NCBI GenBank assembly: GCA_030835005.1
Contig: JAUQWT010000085.1
Location: 1 to 34,708, forward strand
DNA length: 34,708 nucleotides
DNA from: Ignavibacteria bacterium
GTDB lineage: Bacteria > Bacteroidota > Ignavibacteria > Tepidaquicellales > OLB5
Reading direction: 5' to 3'
Shown here piece by piece: positions 1 to 7,724 of this stretch. The first letter of the stretch is position 1. The number at the start of each line of letters is the position of its first letter. Both the position numbers and the translations under genes were made by a program. The notes under the pieces were generated by a model that did not search any database, was not told the origin of the DNA, and was given only the letters and a program-made list of their open reading frames with translations.

Positions 1-255
1 TTTGAACAGGCAATTTCAGCCGTAGATGCTTTCAGGCATTATCTTAAAACAGAGAAGCTCATAGCAGAAGACCAGAAAACTGCTCAGTATGAATTTCTGA
101 GATGCTTAACGCGCCTTGCTGAGTTTAAACTCAGTGGAGTAGACAAAAAGAACTTACACAACTTGTCAGTTCTGAAAAAAGAAATAATGAACATGAGTGC
201 TAATCCTTTAGGAGCAAAAAACTGGTTAATAGAAAAAGCTGCAGAACTGAAATAG
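1..255 (+). CDS. C-terminal part of a ~480-aa helical paralog (same family as 2251..3687 and 7725..9185); truncated by the window edge
   Basis: Frame 1 is open from base 1 to TAG at 253-255: FEQAISAVDAFRHYLKTEKLIAED...LGAKNWLIEKAAELK. This matches the paralog C-termini YEETRSLIDSFRKTL...GVKFWLEDRIE and FETLLSYLETTRHFY...GLWIAEKIEE. Confidence 0.8.
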   Translation, partial: FEQAISAVDAFRHYLKTEKLIAEDQKTAQYEFLRCLTRLAEFKLSGVDKKNLHNLSVLKKEIMNMSANPLGAKNWLIEKAAELK

Positions 256-264
256 AAGGCAGAA

Positions 265-486
265 TCAATCCGGTATCAGTAATATTTTTTCTTTTGATGC
301 TGCCCCCGAGATCAAATCTATTTGAGATTTAGGAATCTTCAAGTGTTTTGAGATCAGCTCTATCACACGTTCATTGGCTTTTCCTTTTTCAGGCGGGACA
401 GATACTCGGATCTCGTAATAATTCTTCTCAATTTCTTTTATTGAATTTTCCCGTGAATTAGGTTTCACTTTTACTTTAATCTTCAA
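265..486 (-). CDS. DUF167/YggU-family protein
   Basis: KIKVKVKPNSR...IRVSVPPEKGKANERVIELISKHLKIPKSQIDLISGAASKEK is the typical DUF167 pattern. The TTG at 486 is preferred over the ORF-track start at 525. Confidence 0.85.
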   Translation of the reverse strand: MKIKVKVKPNSRENSIKEIEKNYYEIRVSVPPEKGKANERVIELISKHLKIPKSQIDLISGAASKEKILLIPD

Positions 487-547
487 ATGGTCTTTTCTCT
501 TTTTTTCATTTCGGATTTCAAACAAATATTAGTTCATTAATCTGAAT

Positions 548-569
548 AAAAAAGGAGCTAATTAGCTCC
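548..569 (-). terminator. Intrinsic terminator, GGAGC-N6-GCTCC family copy 1
   Basis: AAAAAA-GGAGCTAATTAGCTCC; hairpin followed by a U-tract on the - strand, downstream of the gene ending at 650. Confidence 0.7.
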
Positions 570-575
570 ATAAAC

Positions 576-610
576 TGTTCATCCGATGACTTGAAGTCAT
601 CGGATGAACA
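576..610. repeat. 35-bp palindrome, REP-like
   Basis: TGTTCATCCGATGACTT-G-AAGTCATCGGATGAACA with perfect 17-bp arms; the core GATGACTTnAAGTCATC recurs at 9227..9243. Confidence 0.75.
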
Positions 611-649
611 TGAAGTCCCCTGAAATGTATGCTGCGGAAAATGAAGTAT

Positions 650-1823
650 TTACTTCACCAGCAGCACCTTCTTTGAATCGGAATATTCGCCAGCTGTGAT
701 ACGGTAAAAAAACACCCCCTTGAATATTTTGATGCATCCCAATCTGCATAATATGATCCGGCAGACATGGATTGATTTACCAGTGTTTCAATTTCACGGC
801 CGGTTACATCATGTACAACCAATTTAATAAAACTGCCTTTGGAACAGAGAATTCTATGTTTGTTTTTGGATTGAACGGATTTGGATAATTTTGTGAAAGC
901 GAAAAAGCATTTGGAACCTCAGTTGATACTTGAGATATTCCAACAAACTTGCTAAGAGGTCTTTTGAATCCTCCACGATTACCGCCTATTGTACCACCTG
1001 CATATAAATAATTATTAAACAGACACATTGAATACATAATCGGAGTCCCGCCAAATCCTTCGTTTTTTTGTATCCATGTCGTGCCATAGTCATTTGACAA
1101 ATAAATTCCCTGGCTTGTTGCTGCAAAGAGATTATCGCCATAAACCAAAAGATCGTTTATTGTTTGATTGTTAAAAGAAGTCTGTGCCCAGTTAAGTCCG
1201 TTATTAGTTGATTTATATACACCATAAACCGCCATTCCAGCAAATATATTATTTCCAATAGCTGCTAGAGAGTATGGTGTCCTGATATTTAAGGATGTTT
1301 GCGTCCAGTTAAAACTATTATCTGTTGATTTATATACGCCGTGCTGCGACCCCATTCCGGCAAAAATAATACCACCGCGGCGAGCAAACAATGTACCTCG
1401 TAGTTGATATTAAAAGTCCGGGTCCAATTAGTCCCGTTATTTGTTGATAAATATATTCCATACGTACCGCCTGCTAATACATTATTCCCCAAGAATATTA
1501 TGTCGTCCATAACACTAGTTAGCGAAGTCAGTGACCAATTTAACCCGCCATTTGTTGATAGAAATACTCCAGTATTTGTTCCTGCAAAAAAAAGAACTTC
1601 CGTTTCCATTTATCACATGTACAGTTTGGTTGATCAAAGAAGTTTGAGACCAGTTAGTGCCATTGTTAGTTAAAATGTACAATCCGGTTATACCCGTTCC
1701 TGCAAAAATATTGCTCCCGTAGCCGAAAAGTACCGGTGGTTCGTTGTAAAACACCTGCTGCCATTGTGCTTCCGCCGAGAAAACAGATAAAGATGTTAAT
1801 ATTAAAATTAGAAGTTTTTTCAT
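650..1823 (-). pseudogene. Frameshifted T9SS cargo: signal peptide, BNR/Asp-box-like beta-propeller repeats, T9SS type A C-terminal domain
   Basis: ORF pieces 1515..1823, 1289..1609 and 804..1391 join into one protein with STNNGxNW repeats. Two further shifts give LSQNYPNPFNPKTNIEFSVPK-GSFIKLVVHDVTGREIETLVNQSMSAGSYYADWDASKYS-GVFFYRITAGEYSDSKKVLLVK, stop at 650-652. Shifts lie near 1590 (A8 run), 1378, 838 and 717 (C5 run). Confidence 0.85.
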
Positions 1824-1872
1824 TGTTAGATATAGTAAAATTTAACTGAGAATTGTTGTTTCATAAAATATA

Positions 1873-1950
1873 ATCCCCCAAAAACCATACTTTTGCTGAG
1901 TTTCGCAGCTATACGATGCTCAAAGAATACATATGGAATAATTGGGGGAT
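1873..1950 (-). promoter_or_regulatory. Long imperfect hairpin in the 5' leader of the T9SS cargo gene
   Basis: Nested stems on the - strand: ATCCCCCAA/TTGGGGGAT, CCATAT/GTATGG, TTGAG/CTCAG, TCGTA-TAGC-TGCGA. Three positions pair as G-U only on the - strand. Confidence 0.55.
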
Positions 1951-2065
1951 ACTTTTAGTGATAACTGTGAATCTTTCTTGAGAATCATATAGCCTATTGT
2001 AAACATAGTTCTCGAATGCAGCTTTTCAAAAGAGAAATTATTTGGTTTTAGAAAATTTTGAAGCG

Positions 2066-2073
2066 CAAACATA
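2066..2073 (-). promoter_or_regulatory. Bacteroidota-type -7 promoter element (TAnnTTTG)
   Basis: TATGTTTG on the - strand, upstream of the leader hairpin and cargo gene. Confidence 0.5.
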
Positions 2074-2250
2074 AAGAATTACTTATTTTTAGCTTGTTTT
2101 AAGCATTAAATATGTTAAAATTTTAGAGAAATTTCTTAAAACATTCAGGGAAATCATTAAACCTGCAAGAACCTATTAATTTTCAAGCATCTCTGATTGT
2201 CATTTCTGGTATCTATTTATACTAATAAAATTCTATTTACTTTAGAACAT

Positions 2251-3687
2251 TTGCAGAACACTAAGCTGGTAAAATTATTGAAGACTTTCTCCGGTCCTGA
2301 AATAAAAAAATTCAGGGAATTTGTTATTTCCCCTTATTTCAATAAGAATAAAAATGTGATCAGGTTAAATGATGTATTATTGAAATTTCATCCCGATTTT
2401 GATGCTAAATCCTTTACTGAAGAGAATATATATTCGGAAGTTTTTGGCAAGGGTAAGTTTGAGTACTTCAAAATAAAAAATATCTCATCAGATCTTTATA
2501 ACCTGGGGCTTGAGTATCTGAAATTAAAGCCTAATCCCTCCACTTTCTTTATGAACGATTACAATCTTATGGTGCAGCTTCGCAAGCGTAAGCTGTTTAA
2601 CCTTCATAAGAAACTGGTGAGATCAATGGAGGAAAACTTCAGGAATACAGAAGTAAAAGATAGTCCGTTTCTATACAGCAATTACCTTTTGACGGCAGAG
2701 AGCCAGCTTGTTGACCTTTTTGAAGAGCCCAGCAGTATCACCGGAATTTTGAGCGAGTTTGAAAGTTTTTTTGAATTCCTTATCTATCACTTACTGCAAT
2801 TTTATAACCTGATGATTCATATTGGCAAAGAAAACAATGTGAAAATAGATATAAAGATGATGGATGAAGTAGTAAGCTACCTCGAAAAGGGGCCCGTCAG
2901 CAAACATCCTACAACTGTGTCATACCAGTATCTGATATTACTGAAAACAAAAGAAAAAGAAGAATATTATTTTACTTTGAAGGAGCATTATTTCAATCAT
3001 TTTTCTGAAATGGATGCATCAGCTGCCTATAGGGCACACATGTATCTGTTTGGATATTGCGCCGATATGTATAATTTTAAGGGAGATCGCAGATTTGTAA
3101 TTGAATGTTATGAATTATATAAACATTCGTATTTAAATAACAGAGTGACATCGGGTGAATTGTTATATCCTGACTTTGTAAATTTCATAAAAGTCTTTGT
3201 GAGAGCAGGTGATACTGCTCTTGCCAGGAAATTCATAATCGACTTCACTGAAAAACTTCCCGAAGACCAGCTTGATAATTGTGTTAATTTCTCAAATGCA
3301 TATATTGCTCATTCTGAAGGTGATCTGAATAAAGCCCTGGCGTGTATTTCTAAAGTATGCTTCCCGTTGGCAATACTTAAAGTCCAGGTAAAGATCATGC
3401 AGGTTCAGTTAAACTATGAACTTGGTTTTTATGAAGAGACTAGAAGCTTAATCGATTCTTTTAGAAAAACACTTTTGAAAGAAGCGGTTATATCTGAAGA
3501 TTATAAAAACTCGATACTGAACTTCATGAAACTTACGATAAACTTGATCAACATAAAACAGGAAACAAGCAGAAAAATACAAGAATTCGAAATACATAAA
3601 TTGACTGAAACAATAAACAAAACACAGTCAAATCACTTTGGTGTCAAGTTTTGGCTGGAAGATCGAATTGAAAGTTTTAACCAATAA
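2251..3687 (+). CDS. Uncharacterised ~480-aa all-helical protein (putative N-terminal wHTH-like domain plus TPR-like repeats)
   Basis: Long ORF 2197..3687. The TTG at 2251 aligns with the start of paralog 7725 (NTKLVKLLKTFS vs NLKLINILRTFS; FVISPYFN vs FISSPFHN). No signal peptide or transmembrane segment seen. Confidence 0.85.
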   Translation: MQNTKLVKLLKTFSGPEIKKFREFVISPYFNKNKNVIRLNDVLLKFHPDFDAKSFTEENIYSEVFGKGKFEYFKIKNISSDLYNLGLEYLKLKPNPSTFFMNDYNLMVQLRKRKLFNLHKKLVRSMEENFRNTEVKDSPFLYSNYLLTAESQLVDLFEEPSSITGILSEFESFFEFLIYHLLQFYNLMIHIGKENNVKIDIKMMDEVVSYLEKGPVSKHPTTVSYQYLILLKTKEKEEYYFTLKEHYFNHFSEMDASAAYRAHMYLFGYCADMYNFKGDRRFVIECYELYKHSYLNNRVTSGELLYPDFVNFIKVFVRAGDTALARKFIIDFTEKLPEDQLDNCVNFSNAYIAHSEGDLNKALACISKVCFPLAILKVQVKIMQVQLNYELGFYEETRSLIDSFRKTLLKEAVISEDYKNSILNFMKLTINLINIKQETSRKIQEFEIHKLTETINKTQSNHFGVKFWLEDRIESFNQ

Positions 3688-3719
3688 CTCATCCGGTGAC
3701 CTTAGCTACCGGATGAGTT
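3686..3719. repeat. REP-like palindrome or bidirectional terminator between convergent genes
   Basis: AACTCATCCGGT-N10-ACCGGATGAGTT; related to the TCATCCG...CGGATGA arms at 576..610. Confidence 0.65.
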
Positions 3720-3730
3720 GAACACACTAT

Positions 3731-5356
3731 TTATTTTACGAGCACCATCTTGTTTACTTCATTGAAATCACCAGCTTCGATCTTATAGAAATAAACACCG
3801 CTTGAAAGTGCGGTGGCATCAAACCTGAAATCATAAGAACCCGGGCCCAGGTATTCGTTGACCAACACGCTTACTATCCTGCCTATAGGATCATACACTA
3901 CAAGCTTCGTAAAGGAGCCTAAAGGAAGATCAAATTTAATTTTTGTTGCCGGGTTGAACGGATTTGGATAATTATTGTATAAACGATACTTTTCCGGGAC
4001 GCCTGATAAAGACGGTTCAATTCCGGTAGTTGTGGAATACTTGACTGTAGCAAAATCACTTGAACTTCCGCTTCCCTGGCTGTTTCCTGTTACAATTGCG
4101 TTACCGGAATTATCAACGCAGATAGATAATGCTGCATCAACTCCGTTACCCGGACCGTTGTATCTTTGCTCCCACAACTGCTGGCCACCTGCATTATATT
4201 TTAAAGTTAGATAGTCCAGGTTTGAACCCCCGGAATTACTTGCACCTGTAATAAATGCATTTCCATTCCCATCAACTGCAACAGAAGTGGCATCATCTGA
4301 AGTATTGTTTGGCCCGTTATATCTCATTACCCATTGCTGAACACCGGAAGAATTATAATAAACTGTTGCATAATCAGTGGCAGACCCCTGTCCTATACTT
4401 GAACCCGTTACATAAACATTATAAACTGAAGTAACTGCAAGCCCGAATGCAACATCGTTATCATTACCTGTTCCGTTATATCTTGAATTCCATTGTTCCT
4501 GACCGGAAGAATTGAATTTTATGGTAACATAATCATTAGATGAACCGCTGCCGCTGCTGCCCCCCGTTATATAAATATTACCAAGCGCGTCCAACGCAAG
4601 ATCAGAAGGAACGTCATCGCCGTTATTCGTTCCGTTATACCTGATAGTCCATTGTTCCTGCCCGGAAGAGTTATATTTGATTGTAAGGTAATCCAGTCCG
4701 CTGCCGCTGCCCGTGCTGCTTCCGGTTATGTATACATTTCCTGCTATATCTACTTTTACTACAGCTGCATTATCAATGCTGTTTTGAGGGCCGTTATATC
4801 TTGAAGCCCACTGCTGCTGACCGGAGGAATTATACTTTACCGTTGCATAGTCATAATTTGTTACACTAAGGCTTTGTCCTGTCACATAAACGTTACCAGC
4901 GGCATCAACTGAAACAGAAAAAGCCTCATCAGTTCCGTTAGAAGGTCCATTATATCTTGCAACCCATTGCTCTTGACCGCTGCTGTTGTATTTAATGGTT
5001 GCATAATCACTAAATGAAGTTGTGCCCGTACTTATACCTGTAACATAAACATTTCCGGCTGCATCAACAGTAATGGCATTTGCAGCATCAATAAAATTCG
5101 CCGGACCATTGTATCTGGCCGACCATTGTTCCTGTCCCGCCGAGTTATATTTTACTGTTGCATAGTCAAGGTTCGAGCCATTCCCGATACTGCTTCCTGT
5201 TACGTAAACATTTCCGCCTGCATCACAAACTACTGCAAATGCTTCATCTAAACTATTACCCGGACCGTTATATCTGGAAACCCATTGTCCAAAAACCGGG
5301 ATGCTTAGTACATTTAGTACTAATAGTAATTTAAGTGTAAAAAAAAATTGTTTCAT
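3731..5356 (-). CDS. T9SS cargo with seven ~60-aa SBBP-type beta-propeller repeats and a T9SS type A sorting domain
   Basis: Signal peptide; seven repeats of RYNGP-x4-D-x6-D-xxGNVYVTG-x8-DYxTxKYNSxGQxQW; C-terminal NYPNPFNPATKIKF...GVYFYKIEAGDFNEVNKMVLVK. Confidence 0.92.
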   Translation of the reverse strand: MKQFFFTLKLLLVLNVLSIPVFGQWVSRYNGPGNSLDEAFAVVCDAGGNVYVTGSSIGNGSNLDYATVKYNSAGQEQWSARYNGPANFIDAANAITVDAAGNVYVTGISTGTTSFSDYATIKYNSSGQEQWVARYNGPSNGTDEAFSVSVDAAGNVYVTGQSLSVTNYDYATVKYNSSGQQQWASRYNGPQNSIDNAAVVKVDIAGNVYITGSSTGSGSGLDYLTIKYNSSGQEQWTIRYNGTNNGDDVPSDLALDALGNIYITGGSSGSGSSNDYVTIKFNSSGQEQWNSRYNGTGNDNDVAFGLAVTSVYNVYVTGSSIGQGSATDYATVYYNSSGVQQWVMRYNGPNNTSDDATSVAVDGNGNAFITGASNSGGSNLDYLTLKYNAGGQQLWEQRYNGPGNGVDAALSICVDNSGNAIVTGNSQGSGSSSDFATVKYSTTTGIEPSLSGVPEKYRLYNNYPNPFNPATKIKFDLPLGSFTKLVVYDPIGRIVSVLVNEYLGPGSYDFRFDATALSSGVYFYKIEAGDFNEVNKMVLVK

Positions 5357-5448
5357 AATGCCCTACTTTCTATTTTTTGACTTTCATAATCTTTCATTTT
5401 CTTAGTTAATTGATGTTGAATTATGACTTTTATATGTATTGTTTAAAA

Positions 5449-5456
5449 CAAAAATA
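5449..5456 (-). promoter_or_regulatory. Bacteroidota-type -7 promoter element
   Basis: TATTTTTG on the - strand, ~90 nt upstream of the start at 5356; low complexity, so it could be chance. Confidence 0.4.
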
Positions 5457-5734
5457 CCCTAAACTAAATCTAATTAAGTCATCACGAAGGATGAAAACAG
5501 AACTACCCCTTAAGAACTACGGTATGAACTAAAGGATCACCTAAAAAAATAATTGGACCCTGTATGATTCTAAAAGAATTTCATTCCCTTAGAGTAAATT
5601 AAATTCAATTTCCGTGCCATACTTAATTGATTAGAAAATAGGAGTTTTGTTTTGTTAACTTCTGTCAAAGAATACCTGTATCAATGACATTAGTGACAAT
5701 GAGATTTTATTATTAATGATGAATGGTTTGTTAA

Positions 5735-5850
5735 GTGAAAGAGTCTCTTGGGATTTTTAAATATGTTGAACTAAAGACCGGCAAACAGCTAAGGGCAAAG
5801 AACTGGCTGACAAACAGATCAAACAAGCAACTAAAAAAGGAGCCAATTAG
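5735..5850 (+). pseudogene. Probable decayed C-terminal remnant of a fourth helical paralog
   Basis: Reads KYVELKTGKQLRAKNWLTN and, after one shift, IKQATKKGAN*. Compare GAKNWLIEKAAELK* (1..255) and LWIAEKIEEMQKGAI* (7725..9185). Confidence 0.4.
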
Positions 5851-5859
5851 CTCCTTTTT
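5833..5859. terminator. Bidirectional terminator, GGAGC family copy 2
   Basis: AAAAAA-GGAGCCAATTAGCTCC-TTTTT, downstream of the gene ending at 5884. Confidence 0.75.
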
Positions 5860-5883
5860 GTACAGCGCTATGTATTCCCCGTT

Positions 5884-6504
5884 TTATATTCCAAATTTTA
5901 TACCCGCAGTAAATCTGAAACCATTGTTTTTTACGTTTGTTGAATTTTTAAGTATGTTTGAAAACCCGAGTGAATAACCGATGCCTGTAAAAATATCAGT
6001 TCTATCTGCAACTTTAAATTCCATGCCGCTACCCAAATAGAGCCCGAAATCAATCGATTCATAAGAAGTAGAAACATCGCTTTCCTGAAAATTAACTCCA
6101 TCGGTTGCTTCTTCGTTTGCCGATAGCTGTACACCAAGAGTCGGTCCCAGTTCAAAATATGGTTTTACTTGGTTTAAAGGAAGATTTACATTGACCAGCA
6201 TTGGAAATTCAATGTAACTGAGATTTTCTGTGAAGGTAATACCGTTATTGTTTCTGATCTCAAAACCTTTCATGATATATCTTATCGCAGGTTTTATTGA
6301 TACATTTTTAGAAACACCAATATCTACAAACCCGCCTACCATAAACCCGGTTTTTGAACCTGTGTTAAAGCTGGGTTTGATATTGGCATTTGCAAGGTTT
6401 AAACCGCCTTCTAAACCTATGGCTACCTGACGTTGTGAAAAAGAAGCAGAAGTAAATATGAATACTGTGAAAATTAATGTTAAAATGGTTACTAAATTTT
6501 TCAT
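5884..6504 (-). CDS. Outer-membrane beta-barrel (porin-family / OMP_b-brl_2-like) protein
   Basis: Signal peptide, GLEGGLNLAN, YIMKG, LSYIEFP, PYFELGP, and C-terminal strand FRFTAGIKFGI. Confidence 0.85.
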   Translation of the reverse strand: MKNLVTILTLIFTVFIFTSASFSQRQVAIGLEGGLNLANANIKPSFNTGSKTGFMVGGFVDIGVSKNVSIKPAIRYIMKGFEIRNNNGITFTENLSYIEFPMLVNVNLPLNQVKPYFELGPTLGVQLSANEEATDGVNFQESDVSTSYESIDFGLYLGSGMEFKVADRTDIFTGIGYSLGFSNILKNSTNVKNNGFRFTAGIKFGI

Positions 6505-6555
6505 CTTTTTTTCTTTCTGTTTTAAGTTATCTATTATAATGTTTTTTAGATTTTT

Positions 6556-6960
6556 TTATTGTACTGTGTAGTTTGATGTAACGCTGTAATTTGAATTTGG
6601 ATGGCCCGGCACTGTGCCTGTGAAATCAAAATTCCACTGCTGCCCGTTTTGCACACCTACATAATTATTTATGATGTATGTTGTATCCTTGCTGTAAACA
6701 TATGCAGTATTTGTAAAGCTTAATGTATCTGCAAACTGTTCAGGACTGTACCTTGATATGATACGCGATATATTTACATCAACACCGGGTCTGAAAAGAA
6801 ACTGTGTACTGCCGGTTTGAGTAATCCGCTGTGATACCTGAAATGAAACCTGCTGATTTAGGTTAGATCCCGTTACACTATCTATCTTGCTGCAACCTGT
6901 AATAATCAGGTAAACCAGCATCAACCCTCCTAAAAATAGTTTAATAATTCCGCGTTTCAT
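6556..6960 (-). CDS. Hypothetical lipoprotein, beta-rich
   Basis: Basic N-terminus, hydrophobic stretch and lipobox ITG-C; co-oriented within the cluster. Confidence 0.8.
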   Translation of the reverse strand: MKRGIIKLFLGGLMLVYLIITGCSKIDSVTGSNLNQQVSFQVSQRITQTGSTQFLFRPGVDVNISRIISRYSPEQFADTLSFTNTAYVYSKDTTYIINNYVGVQNGQQWNFDFTGTVPGHPNSNYSVTSNYTVQ

Positions 6961-7004
6961 TTTGTTTTTTTCCTTTCTTTGTTATATGATTATTGATTGT
7001 TAAA

Positions 7005-7349
7005 TTAATTCTTTTCAAAAACTAAACCTGATATATACGACTCCCAATCCGGCACAGAAGCAATTTCATTTATAACAGTTACAGAATCCGCTGTAAACGT
7101 GTAGTCTGAATTGTTCATCACATATTTTCCGTTTGAACCCATACCGTATTTATTTACAACATGCCATATTCTTGAATCACCGCTTGGCTTATAATAAAAT
7201 GCAGATATCCCTTCCACTTGTTCTAAGTCAACCACAGACTTTCTCTCAAGACTGTTGTTTTCACTTTTTTTAAGAGAAAAACCGGTTATTAATGCTGCGA
7301 TAACTATTGAGGCAAGAATCACTAACTTTACATACTTAACGATTTTCAT
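7005..7349 (-). CDS. Hypothetical exported or membrane-anchored protein
   Basis: N-terminal hydrophobic segment LVILASIVIAALITGFSL; ATGA overlap with the upstream small ORF. Confidence 0.75.
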   Translation of the reverse strand: MKIVKYVKLVILASIVIAALITGFSLKKSENNSLERKSVVDLEQVEGISAFYYKPSGDSRIWHVVNKYGMGSNGKYVMNNSDYTFTADSVTVINEIASVPDWESYISGLVFEKN

Positions 7350-7573
7350 TTATTTGTATTCCCTTCTTTATTATGATTTTGTTTTGTATTTACACGTTTT
7401 ATATTAGTTTGTTTTTTCTTTTTAAATTTCTTTATATTTTCAGTCTTCTGTATTGGTGTATTTGGAAAGATCTCATTGAAATCTTGATCATAAATTTGGG
7501 CTAATCTGATAATGCTTTGTATTGAAGATTTTCCGAATTTATTCTTGTTACTGGATTTCATTTCCATATTCAA
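7346..7573 (-). CDS. Small Lys/Asn-rich ORF (up to 75 aa; start may be the ATG at 7567 or 7561)
   Basis: Begins just downstream of the TATCTTTG promoter element; its stop overlaps the next start (ATGA); central amphipathic segment SIQSIIRLAQIYDQDFNEIFP. Confidence 0.5.
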   Translation of the reverse strand: MNMEMKSSNKNKFGKSSIQSIIRLAQIYDQDFNEIFPNTPIQKTENIKKFKKKKQTNIKRVNTKQNHNKEGNTNK

Positions 7574-7581
7574 TTCTGCAT

Positions 7582-7613
7582 CAAAGATAGTTTTCGTTTA
7601 TATGCTCGGCAAA
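7582..7613 (-). promoter_or_regulatory. Bacteroidota-type promoter (-33 TTTG, -7 TATCTTTG)
   Basis: TTTG at 7613-7610, 20-nt spacer, TATCTTTG at 7589-7582. Confidence 0.65.
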
Positions 7614-7724
7614 TAATTTATTTCTCGAAACTAATCATGGGATTCCCCCTAAATCACAATAGAAATAGCGATTTTTGGCTTATATTAAAGTTTTTTCGAA
7701 CTTGAGACTAAACAGAACATTTAG

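Noticed and set aside
2197-2250. ORF-track N-terminal extension of the first complete paralog
   Set aside because: Alignment with 7725..9185 begins at the TTG at 2251.
4030-5290. ~180-bp periodic DNA repeats
   Set aside because: They are the coding propeller repeats of the T9SS cargo, not a CRISPR array or mobile repeat.
5735-5977. 80-aa + strand ORF from the track
   Set aside because: It runs through a terminator and overlaps the beta-barrel gene antisense; only its first part is kept as a possible paralog remnant.
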